Below are positions 1-8,068 of a stretch of DNA of 47,421 nucleotides, one piece after another. The stretch is taken from positions 1 through 47,421 of the forward strand of contig RGYU01000003.1 in assembly GCA_010031885.1 (NCBI GenBank), in the 5' to 3' direction. How positions within the stretch are numbered: the stretch's first letter is position 1; every line of letters starts with the position of its first letter. This stretch comes from Chlamydiota bacterium (lineage in GTDB: Bacteria; Chlamydiota; Chlamydiia; Chlamydiales; RGXB01). Made by a program: the position numbers and the translations under genes. The notes beneath the pieces are model-generated. The model was given only the letters and a program-made list of their open reading frames with translations, ran no database searches and had not been told where the DNA came from.

Positions 1-1113
1 AAAATAGGATTCGAAGCTTGAAAAGGAACGTGCAGGGCTAAAAAAAGGCACAAGGTTTAGATCATAGGTAGGTGTCACAAGAATTTCAATTATAGTCGAT
101 AAACACCTGGGGTCTCTTTGTTTTAAAAGAGCATGGGCTGCTCTGTAGCGGGTCATGTGGTGGGGATTTTTGAGATGCTCTACCAATATGTCATTTCCCC
201 CTCCAAGTTCACCCAGCGCCGTTATGGCGAACGGATGTCCCTGTTTTGCCAAATCGACCACATGAGATTTAGCTTCATAAAAACCGAGCTTGATCAATGA
301 GATAGAGGCACTTAACCGTACATCAGGGCTATTCGATTTCAGTAGGCGTTCAAGATTAGCCTTGGATTGTATATCTTTAAAAAAACCAATCGCCGAGGCT
401 GCAGCCTCTTGTTCCACAGGATTGGGGTGCGTCACAACAGCGCGAATCACGGGCAATAAAACATCTCGATCATATTTTATTGCCGCCAGTATCGAACTTA
501 CACGCACATAAAGATTCGGGTCATGGGTCATTTGTTTTAAAATATTAATCGATTCGTCTGTACCGTCAAGGGCATAAAATTCGGGGAAAAAGAAATGCAA
601 TTGAGGGTGTAAAATATTTTTCAAGGACTCTACGAGACCCATAGCATGTTTGGAGTGTCGGTGCACAAGTTGAAAAAGGGTCTCCAAACGGATCATTAAA
701 AAGTCCGATTTAACGCCCTCTTTTAGGATAGATTCCGTATCATCCATCTCCTCCATCGCCAAAGTTTGTAAGGCGGCACTTTGTAAAAGGGGATTGGAAC
801 TTCTAAATGCTCTAGTAAGAAATTTTCGGTCCACAGGCACGCGGGCAATATTCGCTCCAAATAAGGAGAGAAGACATGTCTCGGGCTCTTGTGTCTTAAA
901 ACCCATTTGGATAATTTTATTGCCTATTTGCTCTAAAATATCGATAGAGTGTTCTTTTGTGGAAGAGGAGTGGCTTAAATAGGTGCTGATGGCTTCGTTG
1001 ACCTCCCCAATCGCTGCCAAGTGGAGAATTTGTTTTTGAGCCGTCTCAGTTATCGAGTGCAAAACAGGGGAAAAACTTACGACAAAGAGAGAGAGTAATT
1101 TGTAAAATCGCAA
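1..1113 (-). CDS. HEAT-repeat protein with N-terminal signal sequence (CT350-like), running off the window edge
   Basis: Not in the ORF track. Manual translation from TTG at 1113, preceded by GGAGG: MRFYKLLSLFVVSFSPVLHS...SSNPLLQSAALQTL...DPNLYVRVSSILAA...HPNPVEQEAAASAIG, which are HEAT-like units. Overlaps the end of maf, as in chlamydial maf-CT350. Confidence 0.8.
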   Translation of the reverse strand, partial: MRFYKLLSLFVVSFSPVLHSITETAQKQILHLAAIGEVNEAISTYLSHSSSTKEHSIDILEQIGNKIIQMGFKTQEPETCLLSLFGANIARVPVDRKFLTRAFRSSNPLLQSAALQTLAMEEMDDTESILKEGVKSDFLMIRLETLFQLVHRHSKHAMGLVESLKNILHPQLHFFFPEFYALDGTDESINILKQMTHDPNLYVRVSSILAAIKYDRDVLLPVIRAVVTHPNPVEQEAAASAIGFFKDIQSKANLERLLKSNSPDVRLSASISLIKLGFYEAKSHVVDLAKQGHPFAITALGELGGGNDILVEHLKNPHHMTRYRAAHALLKQRDPRCLSTIIEILVTPTYDLNLVPFFSPARSFSSFESYF

Positions 1114-1682
1114 AGGTTACCTCCGTGTTTTTGGATTAACTCGTCAAGTTGGTGGATGGGTAAACCCATAACAGATTCCATAGTACCCTCAATGTGGTCG
1201 ATAAATAGAGAGCTCAAAGAATCGATCATGTAACTGCCAGCCGCATCTAACACATCTATAGTCGTATGGTAATATCGAATCCAGTCAGAACTGATAGGTT
1301 TGAAAAAAACCTTGTTCAGATGGGCTATGGAAAAAACTTTATTTTGATGATAAAGTGCCATGGCAGTGCAAACAATATGCGATTTGCCTTGAAGCAAATG
1401 CAACATTTGATGCGCTTCTACTAGAGATTTAGGTTTGTTTAGATGAGTATTTTCAAAAAAAACGGAAGTATCGGCACTTAAAACCCACTCATCAGGATCT
1501 AAAGAAGCGATGACTTGACCTTTAGCCAGGGCGATCTCAAGTGAGTAGCGATCGACACCTAAATTTAAAGGGATAAGATCCTCATCAAAATTTGAAGGGC
1601 GTATGTGGTGGCGAATTCCTACTTTTTCAAGGATCTGATGTCTTCGTTTAGAGTTGGAAGCCAGTATAAGATGTTTTTTCAT
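1077..1682 (-). CDS. maf: Maf family nucleoside triphosphate pyrophosphatase
   Basis: LILASNSKRR, SADT, NKP, AGSY and VMGLP motifs. Confidence 0.93.
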   Translation of the reverse strand: MKKHLILASNSKRRHQILEKVGIRHHIRPSNFDEDLIPLNLGVDRYSLEIALAKGQVIASLDPDEWVLSADTSVFFENTHLNKPKSLVEAHQMLHLLQGKSHIVCTAMALYHQNKVFSIAHLNKVFFKPISSDWIRYYHTTIDVLDAAGSYMIDSLSSLFIDHIEGTMESVMGLPIHQLDELIQKHGGNLCDFTNYSLSLS

Positions 1683-1875
1683 AGTATCTACTACAGTGCT
1701 TATTAAAGATTGGATCTGGCAAAAGTCTTAAAAAACTTTGATCTATTATATTTTCGGTCTTAAGAAATGTGAAATCAATTTTACTAAGATCAATTTTTGA
1801 TGTATATTTAAAAAAAATAATAAATTTTTAATAAATTTAAAATAAAATTGACTTACCAATACTCCTCGAGGTTAT

Positions 1876-2283
1876 ATGCAAGTAGGAACTTTAGAAAAAA
1901 TTTATACGCAAGATGACGAAGATTATACGGTCGTTTATCAGTTAAAAGAGGTAGAAAAAGAGGCGACAAAAATCAGTATGAATGTTTTAGGCAAGAACTT
2001 GCAGGAGCCGATTTCTAACTTAGCGGATGAAAAAGCACCCTTTTGTGAAATGAAGCTTTTGGAACAAGAATCTCCCCCTTTAGATTCAAGTAAAATGCTA
2101 TTGGTTTATCCAACAGTCATAAATTCTATGGATGACAGCCCCATTCAATCACCCGTTTTGACAGAAGAACAGGATCTTGAGACCAAAATAGGCTGTTTTT
2201 CTTGGTTTGAATGCGCTATTTGTAAAAAGATTCAGGAATTTTTTAAAAAAAAGAAAAAAACAATTCTAAAGCATTTAGATTAA
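1876..2283 (+). CDS. Hypothetical protein, acidic with a Cys-containing, polybasic C-terminus
   Basis: 135-aa ORF with GAGG upstream of ATG, fills the gap after an AT-rich intergenic region and is followed by a terminator. Confidence 0.7.
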   Translation: MQVGTLEKIYTQDDEDYTVVYQLKEVEKEATKISMNVLGKNLQEPISNLADEKAPFCEMKLLEQESPPLDSSKMLLVYPTVINSMDDSPIQSPVLTEEQDLETKIGCFSWFECAICKKIQEFFKKKKKTILKHLD

Positions 2284-2315
2284 AAAATAACCGCCCCTAA
2301 AGGCGGTATTTTTTT
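2283..2315. terminator. Bidirectional intrinsic terminator
   Basis: AAAAATA-ACCGCC-cctaaa-GGCGGT-ATTTTTTT between convergent genes. Confidence 0.85.
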
Positions 2316-4062
2316 ATTTCTTGTTCGAACCTTTCTTTTTTCCCTGAGGTTCCTCAATATCTTGATGCTCGTTATCTTCGATAAAAATTGGAGAGGTGAT
2401 GAGGTATGATCCGTCATCTTGTGTCGCTTTTAGATAGTAATAGCAAAAGCGGATTCCATCCCTTTCAAACTGCAGAGCATCGTTTAGTTTTGCCTCATCG
2501 TACTCTTCAAATTCAACAAAGGAGTCAAGATTTTTCAATTTAATAATCGGATCTTGGTTACGGTAGATCACTAGTTCCTTGAACGGGCGCGTTCCAGCAA
2601 CAAAACCTTTAAGATGGCGCACATACATAAGACCAGGTCTTGCCTTTGTGGTCAAAACTGAGCCGATGGGCTGGGTTGCAATAGAAAACTGAACCAACAT
2701 TCTAGCTTCAGAAGAGACGAATGTTTTTCTATTTTCAATCGCTGCAATCAAAGTATCGCGATTCAACTGGGGCGCTAAAATACACGTAAGCTGCTCACCG
2801 ATTAGGGCAAAGCGCTTGCCTTCGTGATAGAGTTTAAAAATAGCGTCATGCTTATCAGGGTGGTAGACGACACCTTTTTCAAATTCTTCGATCAGCTTAG
2901 AGGATGGTTCAACGCTAATGGAAAAAAGATCTTTAGGGACGTGGGCCTTAAGAATTTTCGAAAAAGAGGAACTTTTTGTCTCTTTACGACGATAGATTGG
3001 TTTTTGATCTTTTGAAAAAAGGATGATCTTTGAACCCTCTTGTGGCTCATTTGTATGGTAGGTAAACCCTAAAAATGTAACGAAACGATCTTCTTCATTA
3101 AATTCTGCAGTATAGGTCTGAATTTCTTTCCATAACTCATTACTCGTATCGTTTTCCGAATCTGAAGGGGAAAGTGAAAAAAATTGCAAATGATCCGTAT
3201 CGCGGGCTTCTCGAAGGATTGATTCGACCTGATCGAGGGATTCAATAGGTTTCATCCCCTGAAATACACCATAGAAGGCCTGGTCGCCCTCCTGGGCTTG
3301 GCAGAAAATAGGGTGGGATTGTGTAATCTCACCCGTAACGGTGTTTTTAAAGCTAAGACGATAAACACCGGGTTCATTGAAGTAAAGATTCGGCAAACAG
3401 GTAACGCCCGATTCCGATACAAATAGGCGCATTTTGAGATTGTCCCGTAGACGATCATGAGAAAATTCTATCAGAGTATCTTTTGGAGCACTTGATGTGA
3501 GGTTTGAGTATTCGTCCTCAAAGCGGATCACAACGTCGAAACGTTGGTTTCGTGATACAAGCGATGGGGCTAAAATTCGGATGTGCTTAAGTTCTGCCCC
3601 CTTGATATCTAGATTGAAAATGTAAGGTTCGAGGAAATCCCCTTTCCCTTTAGGGTCGATGTAAAGATAAATAGGGCGCTTACGCTGCGCTTTTAATGGA
3701 GCGCGCGTTCCAAATTCTCGTGCTTTTTCAGCAATTTGGCTCCCCAAAACAATCATGAGCTTGCCCCCAACCTCAAGGGCTTTTGGCAACACAAAATCAA
3801 AAACGGGGCGTCCATTGTGATCTTTTTTTTGCTTTCCCTCAACCATTTTACCGTCGCTAAGGGCTAGCCAGATACAGTTTTGTTGATCTTTCAAACTCGT
3901 AGATGGAATTTCAAAATCTTTAGTCGTGTCGTTAATTCCTAAATCAAAACGGACTAGAGTTTTTTGTGGAAGTGCAACATCTGTCATAAACAAAAAACGG
4001 AAGGAGGCTTTTGTTCCGGCAGAAATTTGTTTTGGTTCAACGAAGGTGACGGCGCGGGCCAT
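2314..4062 (-). CDS. DUF3604 domain protein (CT425-like)
   Basis: RNQRFDVVIRFEDEYSNLT, LPNLYFNEPGVYR, EFNEEDRFVTFLGF and YYYLKATQDDG segments; synteny with the CBS gene and ybeY. Confidence 0.8.
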   Translation of the reverse strand: MARAVTFVEPKQISAGTKASFRFLFMTDVALPQKTLVRFDLGINDTTKDFEIPSTSLKDQQNCIWLALSDGKMVEGKQKKDHNGRPVFDFVLPKALEVGGKLMIVLGSQIAEKAREFGTRAPLKAQRKRPIYLYIDPKGKGDFLEPYIFNLDIKGAELKHIRILAPSLVSRNQRFDVVIRFEDEYSNLTSSAPKDTLIEFSHDRLRDNLKMRLFVSESGVTCLPNLYFNEPGVYRLSFKNTVTGEITQSHPIFCQAQEGDQAFYGVFQGMKPIESLDQVESILREARDTDHLQFFSLSPSDSENDTSNELWKEIQTYTAEFNEEDRFVTFLGFTYHTNEPQEGSKIILFSKDQKPIYRRKETKSSSFSKILKAHVPKDLFSISVEPSSKLIEEFEKGVVYHPDKHDAIFKLYHEGKRFALIGEQLTCILAPQLNRDTLIAAIENRKTFVSSEARMLVQFSIATQPIGSVLTTKARPGLMYVRHLKGFVAGTRPFKELVIYRNQDPIIKLKNLDSFVEFEEYDEAKLNDALQFERDGIRFCYYYLKATQDDGSYLITSPIFIEDNEHQDIEEPQGKKKGSNKK

Positions 4063-4090
4063 GAGGTATCCCTAAAAAAAATAAGCCCTA

Positions 4091-4119
4091 AGTATAGCAG
4101 GAATTATTAGGGGAGTCAA
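4091..4119 (-). promoter_or_regulatory. Sigma66/sigma70-type promoter for the DUF3604 gene
   Basis: TTGACT-17 nt-TATACT on the minus strand, about 30 nt upstream of the ATG at 4062. Confidence 0.75.
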
Positions 4120-4173
4120 CAGATGAAGGCAAAATTTCAATGGTAGTAAAAAGCGACGGCAAATGGGGAAAAA

Positions 4174-5499
4174 TTATTCGAAAAGATTCTCAGACTTTGA
4201 AACAGGCGTTAAGCGTACCTTATCGATAAGCCGGTCGCTTCCTTTTATTACTTCTAAAGAAAAATTATCTAAAAAGATTTTGTATCCAATTTCGGGGATT
4301 GTCCCAGCTTTATGATAGATAAATCCCCCGAGCGTGTCATAATCTGGTAGCTTTGGGAAAATGATATCAGTAACCGATTCAATATCTACTAAATTCATCT
4401 TAGCATCTACAAGGTAAGAACCATCAGCATCGGTCTCAATTTTATGGACGATCTCATCGTGATCATACTCGTCAAAAATATCTCCGACAATTTCTTCAAG
4501 AATGTCCTCAACGGTGATCAAACCCTCAGTACCTCCGTATTCGTCTACAATGATCGCCATATGGATCTGTTTCTTTTGGAACTCTTTGAGCAGAGTAGAA
4601 ATTTTTTTTGTCTCCGGTGCAAAAAGGACAGGGCGCACCAGTTCTTTAATGACACCCTCCTTTTTTTCATAAAGTTTGCGAAAAAGGTCTTTGAAGTGGA
4701 CAACTCCAATAATATCATCTTGCGAGCTGTGATAGATGGGGATGCGGCTGTAGTTTTCCTTGATAAAAACGTCAGCAGCTACTCTAAACGAGGTATTTTC
4801 GCTTAAAGAGGTGATATTCACTCGAGGGATCATCACCTCTTTACAGAGACGAGTGCCTAAGTTGGAGATAGCAATCATGATTCTCTGCCCCTCGTTATCG
4901 AGGCTTTTTTCGCTATCGGTCTCATCTAACAGCTCAATAAGACGACGACGAAATCTTTTTTCGGCACCAAATGAACCAGAAAATTCTTCTTCCTCGGACA
5001 ATTTCCGCTGAACGGAAAGGGTCACAAGTGTCACAGGATAGAGGCAAACCAAGAAAATATAGGCGGTCCATGAAAGCCCTTTTAAGATGGAGTAAGGGAT
5101 TGTCGAGGTCAGGATATGGGTCAAGGTATCCAGAATTACCGTTAGTACAATAAAAAAAAGGACGGTAGCTAAAACTAGCAGTGGGGCGAATTCAATCCCA
5201 TGTCTACCATTGTAGATAAACGGAGACACTGCGGGCAACGAAATTACTAACAAAGTAGCAATAATTCCAAAGCATAAGCGCACGATTTGATGGGTATGTG
5301 CAATAAAATTGATCACCTCATCAATCCTGTCCTCTTTATTCGTTTTTTGTATGAGGTGGAGTATAAAGAAAGTATAAGGGTGGCGTTTAATAGCCTCTTT
5401 GAATTCTAAATAACCGATCTTTTGGATAGCGGTCATTATAGCGGCCAAGGAGATCGATCCAAAAAGAAAAACAAGGGATATTATAAATAAAGATATCAT
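4174..5499 (-). CDS. Hemolysin-family CNNM/CBS/CorC_HlyC protein (CT423-like)
   Basis: N-terminal TM helices, EVMIPR, YSRIPIY, IVDEYGGTEGLITVEDILEEIVGDIFDEYD, YDTLGGFI. Confidence 0.9.
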   Translation of the reverse strand: MISLFIISLVFLFGSISLAAIMTAIQKIGYLEFKEAIKRHPYTFFILHLIQKTNKEDRIDEVINFIAHTHQIVRLCFGIIATLLVISLPAVSPFIYNGRHGIEFAPLLVLATVLFFIVLTVILDTLTHILTSTIPYSILKGLSWTAYIFLVCLYPVTLVTLSVQRKLSEEEEFSGSFGAEKRFRRRLIELLDETDSEKSLDNEGQRIMIAISNLGTRLCKEVMIPRVNITSLSENTSFRVAADVFIKENYSRIPIYHSSQDDIIGVVHFKDLFRKLYEKKEGVIKELVRPVLFAPETKKISTLLKEFQKKQIHMAIIVDEYGGTEGLITVEDILEEIVGDIFDEYDHDEIVHKIETDADGSYLVDAKMNLVDIESVTDIIFPKLPDYDTLGGFIYHKAGTIPEIGYKIFLDNFSLEVIKGSDRLIDKVRLTPVSKSENLFE

Positions 5500-5945
5500 T
5501 TAAGGCTTACTTGTACACTTTTTAGATGCTCGAATACCTTTTTTTCTGCAACCCGCATTTTTTTAGCTTTTTCTGGGGTTGTGTCCTCAAGACCGCTGAG
5601 ATGAAGGAGAGTGTGGATGATATAAAGGGTCAACTCGTCGTACGGGTCAGCCCCTATTTTTTTTGCCCATTCTTTGGCTACCAAAGCGCAAATAAATACT
5701 TCACCCAAAAAATGGTGCTCCTTTTTGAGCCCGGGGGGATCATAAGGTTGGGTGATGCAATCGGTCAGGGAGGGATCTTGAAATAAAAGATTGTGGATCT
5801 CTTTAATCTTTGATTTAGATACAAAATGGATGGAAACGAGGTCTGTCTTGATTTTGAGAAATTTTAGGGCAGCCTCGACAAGAAGGGCTACCCTTTGCTT
5901 AGAAACTTTGAGAGATTTTTGGAAATCGAAAACTTCGACGTTCAC
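5496..5945 (-). CDS. ybeY: rRNA maturation endoribonuclease YbeY
   Basis: TDCIT, LGEVFI and IHTLLHLSGLED metal-binding motif. Confidence 0.88.
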   Translation of the reverse strand: MNVEVFDFQKSLKVSKQRVALLVEAALKFLKIKTDLVSIHFVSKSKIKEIHNLLFQDPSLTDCITQPYDPPGLKKEHHFLGEVFICALVAKEWAKKIGADPYDELTLYIIHTLLHLSGLEDTTPEKAKKMRVAEKKVFEHLKSVQVSLK

Positions 5946-6098
5946 CTAAGCCCTGGTTTTTGGTAAGCCGGTAACTTTGCGGCTGTCTTTATCCATACGA
6001 CCCTCTTTTTTGAGGATAGCGATTCTTTCATAACGTGGGAGAACGGTCTTAGAACCTTGCGCTTGGAAGCGTTTCCCGTAACTTGCATGTTTTGACAT
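5946..6098 (-). CDS. Small basic protein (CT421.2-like, PVC small basic protein family)
   Basis: Below the ORF-track cutoff. Manual translation gives 50 aa: MSKHASYGKRFQAQGSKTVLPRYERIAILKKEGRMDKDSRKVTGLPKTRA. Its stop codon abuts the ybeY GTG. Confidence 0.85.
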   Translation of the reverse strand: MSKHASYGKRFQAQGSKTVLPRYERIAILKKEGRMDKDSRKVTGLPKTRA

Positions 6099-6121
6099 CG
6101 TAAAAGCCTATCAATAAAGCG

Positions 6122-6283
6122 TTAAAGTTGAGGAATGAAGGCGGCAATGGATCCGTTTTGGATTGCATTAACCTTGCTTTTCAATTCTTTTTGAGGAAGG
6201 GGTCCAGTTGTGATCTTACGTTTGTAAGCTAGTTTACGAGGAGAAACTGAACGTCTTTCTTGTTGTTTGCTGATTCTTACCAT
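6122..6283 (-). CDS. Small basic conserved chlamydial protein (CT421.1-like)
   Basis: 53 aa from the internal ATG, MVRISKQQERRSVSPRK...AFIPQL. The longer track ORF starts upstream of the predicted promoter, so the start was shortened. Confidence 0.75.
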   Translation of the reverse strand: MVRISKQQERRSVSPRKLAYKRKITTGPLPQKELKSKVNAIQNGSIAAFIPQL

Positions 6284-6314
6284 GGTTGAACCCAGTCTAA
6301 AAAGTTTTAAAAAG

Positions 6315-6343
6315 AGTATACCAGCTCCACTGTTATGAATCAA
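6315..6343 (-). promoter_or_regulatory. Sigma66-type promoter for the small-protein/ybeY/CBS operon
   Basis: TTGATT-17 nt-TATACT with an extended TG motif, about 30 nt upstream of ATG 6283. Confidence 0.7.
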
Positions 6344-6411
6344 CCCGAAAATACGGGATAAATAAAAACCCTCTAGAGGTATCCCAATAAAAGATTTACT
6401 CACAAGTAAGT

Positions 6412-6825
6412 TTAGCGGGTTAAAAGGGAAATTTTACAGCCTAGTTGCTTATAAAAATGGTATCTTTTTTTCGATTGCGCCAGGCTTTCTTTTGTTAGCT
6501 GGTCGTCAAAATCGTACAGATGGCTCCACTTGAGCTCTTGCGAGGGGGGGTCCTTATGAAGCCAAATAAGGTGGGTAAAAGGTTTTTTTATTTGCCGTTC
6601 TAGGGAAAGCAGGATTGGCTCGCATGTGTGGGTCTCGTCGCTGGCATGGGGCAAAAAACCGTTTTGCGGAAACTCCCAAAGCAATTGGCTTAGGTATTGA
6701 ATTGTCTCTGGATTCGGACAAAAAATTTGGATGAAAATTTTTTTTTCAATAGCTTTTTGACAAATGGTTAAAATTTTTTTAGTTACATCACCTTTTTGTC
6801 GAATGGGAAAAAGGGTCACATTCAT
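6412..6825 (-). CDS. holC: DNA polymerase III chi subunit
   Basis: LSQLLWEFPQNGFLPH and C-terminal SKKRYHFYKQLG match the HolC patterns LW...FLPH and R.RY..YK..G. Confidence 0.8.
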   Translation of the reverse strand: MNVTLFPIRQKGDVTKKILTICQKAIEKKIFIQIFCPNPETIQYLSQLLWEFPQNGFLPHASDETHTCEPILLSLERQIKKPFTHLIWLHKDPPSQELKWSHLYDFDDQLTKESLAQSKKRYHFYKQLGCKISLLTR

Positions 6826-7418
6826 GAAATTACACCACAGGAAATGATAAATTTAATCATTTCCTCCGAATTTGCATCCAGTAGTTTCCCCTCCTTGGAA
6901 AACAGCAGGATTCCATGTAAAGGCTGGGGGGACGTAGGCAAATAATAGGGTTTATAACCGGGCAAAAGATCTTTTAGTGCATCAGGCATGTGGGGTAGCT
7001 GTGATGTGATTACATAACTTACCCCTGATGTATAGGGAATTACACAGGGTTTTTCCAGTGGAGACTGGGAACTGCTAGTAAATTGTTTTATGACCTCTTT
7101 TACAACCTTGTGCACCGTTTTGATTACTGGCATGCGTGACACAATAGAATCTATAGCCCGATGAATCCAGCCCTCAAAAAGATGCTCTCCAATAAATCCT
7201 ATGGTTACTATCGTAATAAGAAGGATAATAATGCTCGATACGCGGGCAAAAAACCTTAAGATGTAGGGGTGATCCCACTCATTGCCTAAAACATCAATAA
7301 ACGGAGTGATTATATTTAATAAAGGATCGGAGAGAACATCGAAGCAAATTTTCACAATCCAAAAAGTAATTGCAACAGGAATTAACAGCAAAAAACCGGT
7401 CAGAAACGACTGTCTCAC
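6822..7418 (-). CDS. DUF502 membrane protein, divergent paralog
   Basis: FLTGFLLLIPVAITFWI, RMPVIKTVH, LPTSPQPLHG, KFIISCG. Confidence 0.8.
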   Translation of the reverse strand: MRQSFLTGFLLLIPVAITFWIVKICFDVLSDPLLNIITPFIDVLGNEWDHPYILRFFARVSSIIILLITIVTIGFIGEHLFEGWIHRAIDSIVSRMPVIKTVHKVVKEVIKQFTSSSQSPLEKPCVIPYTSGVSYVITSQLPHMPDALKDLLPGYKPYYLPTSPQPLHGILLFSKEGKLLDANSEEMIKFIISCGVIS

Positions 7419-7420
7419 AA

Positions 7421-8068
7421 CTATCTCCCTTTTTTAGGGCTATCGGGTAGCAGAATGCCACAACTGATAATATATTTCACCGCATCTTCAATCTTCATAT
7501 CGACGTAAATAAGCTCTTCTTTGGGAAACATTACAAGATAGCCGGTCGTAGGGTTAGGGGCCGTCATTACAAATACGGTAACCAGATCCTTGTCGGTCGC
7601 TTTTCTGCAATAATCGGGCGCATTTTTTGACACAAGGCCTAATGTATACGTCTCCTTGTTCGGGAAGGGTGCAAGAACAACCTCTTTAAAGGAGGTTTTT
7701 TCACCGCTAAAAAGGGTTTTTATGATCTCTTGAGATGTCTTGTAAATTTTATTGACGAGTGGAATTCTCAGCAAAATCGAATCAAAAAACTCAATGATTG
7801 TTTTTATGAAAAACCAACGGGTGATCATCCCTAAAAAAATCGTGAAAAGGAAAAGCCCCAAAAGGATCAAAAACTGAGCCATCAATACAATCACCTGATC
7901 TTGACTCAAAAAAAAGATCTTTCCAGGTTGCAGGTCATGCCTCTCTAGGAATATAGTGACCCATCCTACAAATGGATGCGTGAGCAATCGGACTATGAAA
8001 GCGATCAAACCAACTGTTACCGCTAAGGGGAGTAAGATGATCATTCCAGTAATGAAGTACTTTTTCAT
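7421..8068 (-). CDS. DUF502 membrane protein (CT421-like)
   Basis: FITGMIILLPLAVT, RIPLVNKIY, TAPNPTTGYL, KYIISCG. Confidence 0.88.
   Translation of the reverse strand: MKKYFITGMIILLPLAVTVGLIAFIVRLLTHPFVGWVTIFLERHDLQPGKIFFLSQDQVIVLMAQFLILLGLFLFTIFLGMITRWFFIKTIIEFFDSILLRIPLVNKIYKTSQEIIKTLFSGEKTSFKEVVLAPFPNKETYTLGLVSKNAPDYCRKATDKDLVTVFVMTAPNPTTGYLVMFPKEELIYVDMKIEDAVKYIISCGILLPDSPKKGR

Noticed and set aside
290-982. Short plus-strand ORFs at 290-511 and 794-982, and the many other 60-120 aa antisense or nested ORFs in the track
   Set aside because: They are shadows of well-supported genes on the opposite strand or in another frame, with no recognisable motifs.
1683-1875. Very AT-rich intergenic tracts (also 14520-14660 and 34630-34800) as origins or mobile-element scars
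   Set aside because: They lie between divergent genes and are explained as promoter regions; no terminal repeats, att sites or transposase were seen.
5496-5945. YbeY third metal ligand is Asp rather than His
   Set aside because: To my recollection chlamydial YbeY proteins commonly have Asp here, so it is not unusual.
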